Below, in pieces: positions 45,518-57,000 of a stretch of 64,000 nucleotides of DNA (the stretch's first letter is position 1; every line of letters starts with the position of its first letter). A model generated the notes under the pieces. The model searched no databases. It saw only the letters and a program-made list of their open reading frames with translations, and was not told where the DNA came from. The position numbers and the translations under genes were made by a program. Source of the stretch: a virus; IMG/VR virus record IMGVR_UViG_3300029319_000012, positions 1 through 64,000 of that record. One strand, given 5' to 3'.

Positions 45518-48500
45518 GTGTCAAGAACAGTAGAAAATTGGGATTTTGCCAGGGTTCATGATTTTGGAATGATCAATAAGATCAATTCATCTATTCTAAG
45601 GTCCAGATACAACCCAAGAAACGGCGGCTTTGAAGAAGTTAAAAAGCTAATCAGCAGGCAATATGAATTTAATATTTTGCCTGAGCACCATGGTCCACAT
45701 TTAGCAGTTGTCCTTAAAGTGTTAAATGATGGCGCAGACGGCATTTATGCTAGAACAAAAAGCTATAGAAGTTTTTTAAGCGATGATTCGCCCGGCGGGG
45801 CAGGTACAAATCCAAATTTAGTCTTCAGTGAATTAAATCGATCTTTAGGACCAGACGGCGCAAAGCGCAATTTAACTCGTGTTATAGCAAAAGTGCCTGA
45901 TTATGATATCGACTTGCCATGGCCAGAAACAGCCTTTGATCGCAGAGCCTTAAATCTTCATGGTGAATATTGGGCACAATCAACAGACAAACAGTTTAGT
46001 AATCTAAAAGCCGGTCAAGTAATATTAGTTGTTTTTAATAACACGACAATTCGCTCCGCTGCAGCCGATGGAGAATATTCTGGTTTGATTGTTGGCGTCC
46101 CCACTGCCAGGTTTATGAATAGTCTTGCTTTTGCTTCAAACAATGCGGTCTCTTCATTTGAGCCTGTAAACTGCCCTAGCCCACGGCTTTTAATTGGACC
46201 AACTGGAAAAAAAGTTGTTGTTGAAACAAAATCTGATATGCCTACTAGGTTTTTACAAAATATTAAAAGTAAAATAAAAACAGGTATTTATGGAGATGGC
46301 ACGATACAAACAAAAACACATTTTTCTAATTGCTTAAGTGCCTTTACAATTTCTCACAAAAACAAAATTAACAGCCCAGCCCCTGGTCCATCAAGTGCTT
46401 TTATATGGGTTGGGCACCTTAGATCAAATGGACCATTGGATTTGCTTGACAGGGCAATGTCTAAGGGCAGAGAAACAATTATATACGCACCAAGGCACTT
46501 TGATATTAATGCACCATTTGAGATAAAATATTATCTTCATGATTTTGCTGGTTTTGGTCGAGCATGGATTGAGGGTCCAGATACAGCGATTGATAAAGCT
46601 GCCAAGGCAGACCCTGAGCTTGGCGGTCCTAACGATTTTGTAACAAAAATCGCCCCTGCTATTAATGACATGATTAAAGATAAAAGAAACTTTATTTTAG
46701 TCATACCAGAACTTATGCATTCTATGGGCTTTGGAACGGGCAATACAGAAACTGGCAGGGTCAGCGCCCTAGCAAACGGTGAACTATTTTCTGATGGCAA
46801 TCATCCTTTTAAGCCAGAGTTTATTCCTCAAGAACGCTTGAGGTCAACTCCTCTAATGACGGATCCACAAATGCGGGCTGCAGTGTTTGGGTACTTAAAC
46901 ACAATGTCTGCAAAAGTTGGTGAAAAGCTGTCAACAATAACCCTGCTAACAGGACGATCAGTTTCCTCTTTTACAGCTGGCTATACATCTGGAGATTTTC
47001 AAAATTTTCATTCAGATGTTTTAGAAATATTGGAGCAATATTTAGGGGTAGATTATTCTTTATTAGATTACACACACCTAATCGGAGATAATGCCGGCGC
47101 ACTTACAATAGCCTCAATGGGTTCAACAATAGCTGCCAGCGAAAGCCACAATGCAGGACAAGATTCTTTCAACAGCATGATTGCAGCTGCTAAAGTTAGG
47201 AGGATTGATTTTATTGACAGAGGCAGTGCCAATCAGACACTTGGCTTGTTTGAAAAAGCACCACCAGTCCAGTTTTATGAAGATTTTTTAAGCAATCTTA
47301 GCACGCCCTTGGAATTTAATTATGTTACTTTTCACAAAGGCGGCTCTTCTGTTGGTGCTTCTAGAACATTTTTCGATTTGTTGCCACCAGAAATTCACGT
47401 TAATGAGTTTTCAACGAATTACACTGCTGGCGTCGATGGCTTTGCTTTTTCTTTGAATAATGGTCCTGGAACTATTAATTTATTATTGCATAAGCCATCC
47501 AGCGGCGCCTCCACAGATGCAGCTACAGGGCTGTGCTTTTCCTATAAAAGTGATAATGACCAGGCGCCAGTTCGTCCAGCTGGTTCTTACACTTATCAAC
47601 AGCCCTCAACCACACCAAATCATGCTGGCGCTCTGCAGAGATCATCAGGAAACCGCGAGGTTGCAGAAAGATTAGAAAAAATTACCAATCGAAACGTTAT
47701 TTTATCTTATTTTGAAACAGCGCTGCAGAGAATATCAACTAACGGATTAGCTGCTTTTTGCAACGATGACGAAAGTGTCCCACAAAATCAGTTAGTATAT
47801 CAAAAATATTGCGAAAATGGTATAGTAAATACACAGCAGGGTGGCATTTTTGCGATAGATCATTCATCTTGGATTGAAAATCGGTTTGGTCAATTAAAAG
47901 ACAATTATTTTCTTATTCCATTTTATACACAACTGAGTCAAATAAACTCTGAGGACGATTTCAAAGCACAAATAGAAGAATATAAAGCTGCTCTAGAAGA
48001 AGCTAAAAAAGAAATAAAAGAGTCGCCTGAAATTAACACATCAGTTGTTCCTGCGTTGGCATCGCTTAACGGAGCTACTATAAAAAAACGTTATGATTTA
48101 TTAAAAACTTTTAATAAGGATTATTGGACTTCAGGCGGCGCGTATCAGTTTATGCTGGGGGTTGATAGTTTTAACAGTGCAGACGAAGCAACATCGTTAT
48201 TGGATCCAGCCGGCGGTTTTATTGGCGAAGTTTTATACGCTAATGCAAAAGCAGAAGCTTATGAAGAGATGGTTAAAGCTTTGGAGTCAAAAAAAGAAGA
48301 TTTTGCAGAGCGCAATAAAGACCAAAGAGTTGCAACCAGTTTTGATTGTAAGCCAAATTCGAAAAGAATCAGCGAGCTGGGCGTTCGTCGACAAGGAAAC
48401 GAAGGAAAAGTTGGAGACTCAGTTGATGTAGGCTGTTCTGGTCTTACCGTTCAAACTATTCGCGGAGCTTTTAGAAATACTAGAGATATTGTTTCATTTC

Positions 48501-49621
48501 TGCCTTATACTCCATCCTCTAGCGATTTTGAACCATTTGAAAAAATATCTAACGTAAGAGTTTCAAAAAACAATACTGGCATAAAAGAGAAAATTTCACA
48601 AAAATATTCTGAGTTTGGCAAAACTGCAGAGGCTGCAGATTTTAAAGGAATAGAAACAATTGTTAGAGTTAAAGATAACGCACAAGGAAGAATAGGAGCT
48701 GGATCTAAACGAAGTGTAAAAGTGTTTGGCTGCATAGCAAGATTAATTTCTGAATCTTGGGCAGAGGCTACTAGGCGATCTGGCTACTTGCCGTTCAGAG
48801 CTGTTAATGGGCTGGTGGGCGATCTTGGCGTTGAAGGAATAACTGCGTATTCAAGGGGCGTTTCCCCTTTTGCTTACGGGCTAGCTATAACAATTGATCC
48901 TTTTTTATGCCTTAGCGTGTCACCTGAAAATATGACTAATTCAATATGGACTGGTGCTTGGACTCCAAGCTTAACAAGCACAAAGGTGGTGGTTGAGCAG
49001 TTAATGGAGTACGGTGTTTTTAAAACAGCTTCTGTTGATAATTTTAGAAAACTAGCTTTCACAAATGTTGCATCAAGGCAACTACGAGATGTTGGGGCAC
49101 TCAATCAAGCTTTTGTTGAAGGTGCCTATAACGTAGATATTGATGATATTAACAAATTGATGCAGCTAGCAAATGATAATAGTATTGGCGCTTATGGCAA
49201 GATATCAAGAGATGCCGCAGGCTCATCAATTTGTCCTGTGATGGCAAATCCAACCAAGTGGATGGTTGAGTTTTGTGAAAGAAGTGGGATGAGATGGTAC
49301 AATTCTTTCTTTTTAAAGAAAAGATGGAATCAAGGATCAAAAAAATGGATTGATATTCAAGCTGGGACGGCAAATGATTTTACCAGCAGAGAAAAAAACT
49401 TTTTAAGTAGAGTGTATGATATTCCAAATATCGTTGAAAGAGTTAGAGCTGTATCTGTTGATTTTAGAAAACCATATCATAGAATAGATAAGCATGCTCA
49501 ATTCATGTTTACGGATTTAAGAACACCATATATTCCATTTTCAGAAATTGTGCAAGCTAAGAATGCGGTTGATGCTATGGCACGTGCCTTCGCTGCACGA
49601 GATCGCGCGTTAGCAGATTGA
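45518..49621 (+). CDS. 1367-aa putative baseplate/tail-associated multidomain protein
   Basis: Long ORF with GTG start in the baseplate module; alpha/beta-hydrolase-like and M15-peptidase-like segments with altered catalytic motifs. Confidence 0.55.
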   Translation: MSRTVENWDFARVHDFGMINKINSSILRSRYNPRNGGFEEVKKLISRQYEFNILPEHHGPHLAVVLKVLNDGADGIYARTKSYRSFLSDDSPGGAGTNPNLVFSELNRSLGPDGAKRNLTRVIAKVPDYDIDLPWPETAFDRRALNLHGEYWAQSTDKQFSNLKAGQVILVVFNNTTIRSAAADGEYSGLIVGVPTARFMNSLAFASNNAVSSFEPVNCPSPRLLIGPTGKKVVVETKSDMPTRFLQNIKSKIKTGIYGDGTIQTKTHFSNCLSAFTISHKNKINSPAPGPSSAFIWVGHLRSNGPLDLLDRAMSKGRETIIYAPRHFDINAPFEIKYYLHDFAGFGRAWIEGPDTAIDKAAKADPELGGPNDFVTKIAPAINDMIKDKRNFILVIPELMHSMGFGTGNTETGRVSALANGELFSDGNHPFKPEFIPQERLRSTPLMTDPQMRAAVFGYLNTMSAKVGEKLSTITLLTGRSVSSFTAGYTSGDFQNFHSDVLEILEQYLGVDYSLLDYTHLIGDNAGALTIASMGSTIAASESHNAGQDSFNSMIAAAKVRRIDFIDRGSANQTLGLFEKAPPVQFYEDFLSNLSTPLEFNYVTFHKGGSSVGASRTFFDLLPPEIHVNEFSTNYTAGVDGFAFSLNNGPGTINLLLHKPSSGASTDAATGLCFSYKSDNDQAPVRPAGSYTYQQPSTTPNHAGALQRSSGNREVAERLEKITNRNVILSYFETALQRISTNGLAAFCNDDESVPQNQLVYQKYCENGIVNTQQGGIFAIDHSSWIENRFGQLKDNYFLIPFYTQLSQINSEDDFKAQIEEYKAALEEAKKEIKESPEINTSVVPALASLNGATIKKRYDLLKTFNKDYWTSGGAYQFMLGVDSFNSADEATSLLDPAGGFIGEVLYANAKAEAYEEMVKALESKKEDFAERNKDQRVATSFDCKPNSKRISELGVRRQGNEGKVGDSVDVGCSGLTVQTIRGAFRNTRDIVSFLPYTPSSSDFEPFEKISNVRVSKNNTGIKEKISQKYSEFGKTAEAADFKGIETIVRVKDNAQGRIGAGSKRSVKVFGCIARLISESWAEATRRSGYLPFRAVNGLVGDLGVEGITAYSRGVSPFAYGLAITIDPFLCLSVSPENMTNSIWTGAWTPSLTSTKVVVEQLMEYGVFKTASVDNFRKLAFTNVASRQLRDVGALNQAFVEGAYNVDIDDINKLMQLANDNSIGAYGKISRDAAGSSICPVMANPTKWMVEFCERSGMRWYNSFFLKKRWNQGSKKWIDIQAGTANDFTSREKNFLSRVYDIPNIVERVRAVSVDFRKPYHRIDKHAQFMFTDLRTPYIPFSEIVQAKNAVDAMARAFAARDRALAD

Positions 49622-49661
49622 TCATTTTACAATAATTTTTTCATAGGATATAATAAACAGC

Positions 49662-51020
49662 ATGCCCTCTAACATATCAATAACACAGGCGCAAAAGTCA
49701 TCAGCTGATGGTCCAGTTTCTGTAACAAGAGTTTCAGTGACAGACGCTAGCGGACAACCAACTGCAGCTTTGACTACAACTTCAAAACAAAAAGCAGACA
49801 AGTTTGTTAATGAACAGCTTGATAAACATCCAGATGCTACAATAAACAATACACCCGCTGATGAATATAAACAAGAATCTGAGGCAAATCAAAATTTACC
49901 ACAGATATCACCCCCGCCTGCACCAGCACCAGCTCCTGAGCAAGGTCTAGGCGAAGAGAGCATATATGATGAAGCGCAAGGATCGTTCCCCGGTCCCCGT
50001 GGCGAAGAAACTACAAGACCGCCTGCGCTCACAAAACAAACAAGATTTACTGCTGGTGTGCATCCAGACAGACTTCAAAGCTATGACAGATTAACTGAGG
50101 CAGAAAAAGTTAAGTTTGGGGTAAATGGTGCATGCGGAAATATAAAAATGCAACCAAAATGCCATAGACCAAAAGCATTTAATGAAGAGGTCTTTAGAAA
50201 CCCTGATGGGAATGCGTTTATTGTTCTTGGAAGCGACCGCCCCGGTCGAAAACACACAGGCTATGGAGGCGCCGCTCATACTCAAACAGATGCAATTGAT
50301 ATATGTGTTGGCTTAGGAGGACCTAATCCGTATGAATACAGAAAGGCATATAATTCTGAAACGCGCAAAATGGAATATAAACTAAAAGAAACAAACCCTA
50401 ATTTTTTTGAGGATGCTGCAAGAATTTATTTAAGCCAAAAAACTGATGTTGACAGAAACTTTGGTCTAAGACAATTTAAAGGAAAATCAAACGATTATGA
50501 TGCACCAGCCGGCGCAACTGGCGCTAAGTCTGCTATCGGAGTAAAAGCAGATCATATTAGAGTTATTGGGCGTGAGACAATTGATATTGTAACAGGCACC
50601 GACAGTAAAAATTCTGCAGGTGGTGATATAAATGGTGAAAAAACTGGCATCAATATTGTTGCCAATAATCAATATGATACCTTGCAACCAATGGTGCTAG
50701 GAACAAATGCAACATTGGCTTTTGACAGTCTGGCAGATAAAGTTGCAGAGCTAGCTACAATTGTTGAGGCATTTACAGAGTATCAGCTAGAGTACAATAA
50801 TGTAATTGCTACACACGACCATATCTCGCCTTTTTTTGGAATTCCAACAACCCAATCTAAACAATTGTTACAGTCAATATTTAGCACAACTTTTAAATTT
50901 TTTAACAATACTAAAATGAGCATAATCAAGCATTTAACAAATTTATCTGGGTTTAAATCAAAATATTTGCGAGACAGTGGTAAATACTTTATACAAAGCG
51001 ATAATAATAAAACAAATTAA
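49662..51020 (+). CDS. Putative baseplate hub/spike protein
   Basis: Beta-strand-rich IVLGSDRP, ARIYLSQKTDVD, IGVKADHIRVIGRE; located upstream of gp25/gp6 homologs. Confidence 0.5.
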   Translation: MPSNISITQAQKSSADGPVSVTRVSVTDASGQPTAALTTTSKQKADKFVNEQLDKHPDATINNTPADEYKQESEANQNLPQISPPPAPAPAPEQGLGEESIYDEAQGSFPGPRGEETTRPPALTKQTRFTAGVHPDRLQSYDRLTEAEKVKFGVNGACGNIKMQPKCHRPKAFNEEVFRNPDGNAFIVLGSDRPGRKHTGYGGAAHTQTDAIDICVGLGGPNPYEYRKAYNSETRKMEYKLKETNPNFFEDAARIYLSQKTDVDRNFGLRQFKGKSNDYDAPAGATGAKSAIGVKADHIRVIGRETIDIVTGTDSKNSAGGDINGEKTGINIVANNQYDTLQPMVLGTNATLAFDSLADKVAELATIVEAFTEYQLEYNNVIATHDHISPFFGIPTTQSKQLLQSIFSTTFKFFNNTKMSIIKHLTNLSGFKSKYLRDSGKYFIQSDNNKTN

Positions 51021-51032
51021 TCAGGAACATTC

Positions 51033-54000
51033 ATGCCAACACCAACAATAGATGAAGCTATAGTGGGATTTGCTAACGTTGTAGCATCTATCTCAGAACT
51101 GCTAGACACTCCTGGGCAGGGGAATCAAGTGCTGTGGGGCATACCGATCGGAACAGCACAAGATCTAGATTGGGACGACTCTCTACCCTTTCCAATGACA
51201 ATTAATCAGCCTGAAGTTTCTTTTATGGGCTTCGATGATCTAGATGAACAAGAGCAAGAGTTTGCTAGCACTCAGGCGCTAAAAGAGGAGTTTATTCTTA
51301 TATTTAAGGCGATTCGCGCAACCGCAGCTCTGATTATACAAGACGATAAAGCAATAACATTGCCTGCTCCTGCGCTAGAGGCACTAGGCATTACCCCTCT
51401 GCCAAAAAACATAAGCTCTTTTCAACAAAATATTATACCAAAAGTAAAAACATTTGTTGAAGATCTAAAAATAATGCAAGAAAATTATTATTTTTCTGCC
51501 AACCAAGACGAGCTGAATGAAGCCTTTACCCCCGCTCCTGGAGTTGAAATATTTAGTCAGATTTCATCTATTTTAGACCCTGACGGTGCTATTCTTGAGT
51601 TTCTAGGTCTTTTCGGTACAACTGTCAGCCTTTTGCCTGATGTAAGATCAATATCTACTACATCATCTCCTGCAAACTCAGTTTTTCTAACTGATTCTGA
51701 GCTTGAACGCTCACTAGGTTTTTTTGGTAACGCGCCTGATTACTATATTGGATTTTTATTATCACCAAAAAGATCTGGTATATTTGATGATCCAAATAAT
51801 CCAGACAAAAAATTTGTACGAAATAATGGCTATATACCAGCTAGGCGCTCGCCTTTTGCAGAGACTGGTTTTCGTGAAGAGCATGGCTGGGATAAGCCGG
51901 TTACACAGCACTATGATGATATCAACGGTCTTGTAGACATAGTTGGAGGAACTTTTGATTCGAATGGTATTGAAATACCATTGGGTACAGCTGTATACGT
52001 AACTGAAATTGTTGAAGGTGCTGAAGGCTTGTGGGTTGGTTTTGTTCCATTCCCAAATGCTCAATTTACAGAGCAACAAATTAAAAATCTAACGTTAGAT
52101 TACAAGTATATCCTGTACACAAGACCAGAGTTTATCAGAAAATCTGAAAACAGCGCTAATTTAAGTCCTGAGCCGTTACTAAAATATAATCCATCTTCAA
52201 CAATATCAAATTCACAATTAGAAGCAGCTTACGATCAGGTAGGGTCTGGTGTTGTTAAGACTTTGCATACTGCTAATAAATTAGCAAACGAGCAGTCAAA
52301 AGAATTTTTTGATCCTCAAGGTCAATCTTTTAGCTGGACATCTCTAAAGAAGATGGATTTTTTCTTGCAATATGTTGATTTTGGCTTTTACAATGAAAAA
52401 GAATATAGAGAAATCATTGCACCGCAAGGTCCTGATGGTTCTGGTCCGAGGGGTCCTCTGCTTCGCCCTGATATTCTAGAATCTAATACCAGATATAAGT
52501 TTTCATCAGGATATTATTATTTTATTGTTGGCGATGGATCAACACCTCAGTTAGTTGCAACATCATCTGACGCAAATCCAACAAGCTATACAGCAGATGG
52601 AGTGCCAGTTGGTCTTTCGGATGATGAAGCCGAAGCAATAAGGGCAGGGAACTTAGGTGTTGTCAGCGAACAAACAAGAAATGCAGCGTTTAATGATTTA
52701 TTGCGCGCCCTTGGAAAAGATACCACGCCATCAGCTCTTTTAAATTCTATAAAAAATAAATATTTTGCTGAGATTTCAAGTGCTGTTAATCCATCATCAA
52801 TTAGTGACAGCAATCAAAGGGTGTTGTATGCTGTACCAGCATCGTACATTGAGCCTTTACCGGATTCAAAAGCAGCATATGATGAAGATTTCCTACCAGG
52901 CTCTCAGTTTTTAGGTGGAAAAAATTATATAGCAAACATAAAACTACAAGACTTTATTGTAGAGAATGAATCTGGAACATCAGCAGAAGGTGCGTCTGAG
53001 CAGACTGAGCATGTAAAAAGTATTGTGGCAAAATTAGAAGAATTTTCTAAGCAAGTACAGATATTTGAAGATAACGGTGGAACTGTTTTAAATCCAAAAA
53101 GCTTGCCATTTGACATGCAAACTCAAATTGATGCGTTTAAAAAATTACCAACTATCCTTAGGGCGTTTCTACAAAGACAAGCAGCGCCCTATTCTGATAG
53201 CAGCGATTTGCTTGATTCTCTTATTGCAGAGTCTATAACAGATCCTGAATCTAATCACAGGCTAGAAATTGGCTTAAAAGATAATGGAAAGCTTGGAGAA
53301 GATGTGAGGCTGACAATATCTTATGTTCTTTTTATACCTGACCCAGAATCTCAATCAACACTACGCTCAGCAATCACAGCTAGATCATCTTTTATTGACA
53401 TATTTGATGCTGAAACTAATGCCCCAACTGGTATTGGCTTTATATTAAGAAGGGGGCTAGACTTTCTTAGAAACGAAATTGCAGGGCTCGATGTTTCAAC
53501 AGGATTAGTTGCAGACGCATCAACTGGTCAAGCGATAGACGAATTATCGACTCTTAATGATCAATCGTCTGTGATGGGAACAAGATCTTTATTTTATTTA
53601 ATGCATGCTGATTACATAAAAGATTTTTCTAGAAATGATGCTAGCGATGATCCTGTAAACAAGGCTAATAAATGGGTTTACGACTTGCAAGAAATTACAG
53701 TGCCACCTTTATTAATATGGTACAGCAAAAAAGCAAGTGCTGCTAATGAAAAGCCAGATTGCTCTGAATTATATGAAAAGCTTCAAAGGCTTGGACCAAA
53801 CCCAACAGAAGAAGAGCTTCTTATTCAAGAGACCTACTATCGCGATTGTTTAGACTATCATTATGATAAATTTAAAAAACCAACTCCAGCAACTGGCTTA
53901 AGAACTTCAAGGGTAAGCCTAGAGTCAGCGATGGATAAGATGTCAAATTCAAAAACAGGCGGCATGTCTAAAGAGGGCATGATTGTTTATCGAGCATTTT

Positions 54001-57000
54001 TAAACCACCTAGACCCCCAAGGCATTATGAGTTTGATGATGGCATGTTTTCAGCATAAACTTGGCTTGCCACTAACCGCAGAAGCTATATGTGAATATGC
54101 TATTACAAAATTAGTTGAAGCTGACTTCCTTGGTTTTAGTAAAGCTGTTAACGATTTTAGTCCAGTACTAGCTGCAGCTCTAGGGTTGACACCGACTTTT
54201 GTTGATCCAGCAAAAAGAAAAGAACTTGAAGATAAGATTGATAAGAATTTATCAACAATCGCAGAAAATTTTGATGATGCCATGACTGCCGATGGCAAGC
54301 AGCCTCCTGATGAGCAAGCCTCAACTCGTGTTGGACCACTTGGACCAGTTGTTGATGATAGCTTTGCTGGCACAGAAGTAGCTACCGCGCTAGCTATTTT
54401 GTACGCACAAACAGAAGTACAGGAATCAATATTAGGCAATGATCCAAATGTAGCGGGAATTACCGAAGCCATTGAAGCTCTACGTAGGGCTGAATTAAAA
54501 GAATATAGAATTGATTTAGTACCAGCGTTTAGAGCTAATCAAGACGCTCAAGCCGAGCTTGAAGCATATGAGCGAGTTCAAATCGAGCGAGAGAGAAAAA
54601 AATTATTAGACTCTGGCTATAGCTCAAGACAAACTGATTCTATTTTAATTCTAAATGGTTTGCTGCGACCATCACCAACACAGATCGATGGTTTTTTAAC
54701 CGGACCAAACAATGTTTTTGATTCTGGTACTCGCGCTACAGACTTTTTAAATAAAACAGTTAGACCAGGCAGGATAGATGGTAGTCTTTCAACCGGTGCA
54801 CCAGGTCTACAATCTGCTGCACAAGGTCTTCAAGAGGCGAAAGCATGGGTTAGCTGGGCAAAAAGGATTGTTGATCTAGGTGCAATTTGCGAAGCAGTTG
54901 TTGGACCACTACTTAAATTGCCTGGAAATCTTCTTAAAGGCGACGGCGAAGGGTTCTTTGACGACTATGCTCGTCGACTCCAGAAATATTTTGATTTTCC
55001 TAAGCCAAAATTTAATTTACCGGACAACTTGCCAGTTGATAATCGAGTTGGAGACTATAATAAAAAGCTTCTAGAGGCGTTTTTGGGTATGATTGGCATG
55101 ATGCTTGGACAAGTTGCCAACGCACTTTTAAGAGATCTGCTAGAGCGATGCTTTGAAGAAGAGGATCCTCAGTCTGCTGGTAGCCCTGTTGATAGCACGC
55201 CAGCATTAGATATCCCAAGCTTGCAAAATAGAATCGCTCCGTTAATTCCAAATGCGCCAAGGGCAGATATTTTAGCTTGGCTGACTGCCTTGTTAGACCG
55301 ATTAAACAAAGCACAACTTTGTTCTTTATTGCGAAGAGAAGCTTCAACCCGTCTTTTAAATTTCTGTGTTGATTACACTAGAACAAGTCATCCGCTAGTC
55401 TATCAGTCAGGTATTGACTCAAGTGAGCAAATAAAGAATATATTTGCAATCCTTGGTGAGGAAGTTGGGCTAGATATCTGCAATACAATAGAAGCCGTCG
55501 AGGCTGTCTTAACAGAAGATGCTTGTGGAAAAGTAGAATACAATACTGATGACAGAATTAATTCGCTCATGGAAGCTGGATTAACACAAAAAGAAGCACA
55601 GCTTCAAACATTCAGAGAGCTGCAAGCGTTCAAGGATAAGATCTTCGACTTAGGAGAATTTTTATTCCCCAATAACAATCCATTAGAAAACAAGCTGCCT
55701 GATATTTGTGGACCAAATGGGTTCTTTGTTTTGCCACCAGCCATCAAGACATCAATGAAAAAGATAACTGATAACATGCTGGCTCAAGTTAAAGGCGCGC
55801 TTATATCTGATATGGCTGATCTAAAGTTTTTAACGCTTCCACCAAAAGCCATAACAGCAGCCAACAATCCAGATCAACTATTGGGATCTTTTGCAGATTT
55901 TACTAAAAATGCAAGAGATCCTTATAAGAAACTACTTTTTGCTTATGTCGGTCCTGGCAGAGTACAGTCAGTGGACGGAGATAATTTTAATATTGATTAT
56001 GGAGGCATGCCAAATTATCAGCTTTGCTATAATGAGTCAGTCCATTACAATATGATTCATGTACCAAAGAGTCAAAGTGAAGTTGTTGATCAAATAATAA
56101 GTGATCGTGTTGATAAATTTATTGCCGATCAAAAACAAAAAGCTCTCAACAATTTATATACTTCTCTAAATACCTATGAATCCGTTACTCTAGAAGCATT
56201 CGAGGCGCTTGTTGCAACTGGCGATGGTGATCTAGACGAAGGACTTAAATTTATTGTTGATCAAGCATTTGAATATTTTCTTGGCAACTCACATATTTCA
56301 CTTCAAATTGGTGATGATGGAAAATACCACCCACACGACACCACAGCCGAAAACCTTCAAGGCAGTCTTGAGGACGCTATAAGACAAAGAATTCAAGGCA
56401 CTGTGGGACCTGAAGGCTCAGCTTTATACGAGCAGACCGTGCATAAGCAAGGCGATGGAGATCAATCTAATATTTATGTTGGTGGAGATTTATCACATGA
56501 AATATATTATGGTGGTATGAATAACACCTCTCCACCATCGTTAATAAAAAATTTAAAGTTTACCGATGAGTTTACAATACTTGGAATGCCATTCATGATA
56601 CAAGGTTCGGATAAATACCCAGATAATACAATTTTAATTGGAAAAGGTGATGCTGGTGAAGACGGTAAGAGTTTCCAGACTGATTACGGCGGCGGCGGTG
56701 CGAATCGAGATTTAAGTGTTTATACAACCGGATCTTTTCAGACATTTGAATCAGACGTTGATTTGGAGCCTTTGCCAGAAGGAAGTGGGGTGGGAAGTTA
56801 TGCTCAAGAGGTAAGAAGATTAATTCAGGAAAGAAGTAGCGCTTTATCCACTGGAAATAGCCTTTTAAGGGTTACATACGATAGCCCTGCAGCAGAACTT
56901 TTGAGCGCTCCAGGCTTTGTTCCGATAAATATTTCAACCCTCCTGCGCGAGTTTCCTCAAGATTTTATTTATGCTAAATCGTCTGGTCCACTCCTCGCTG

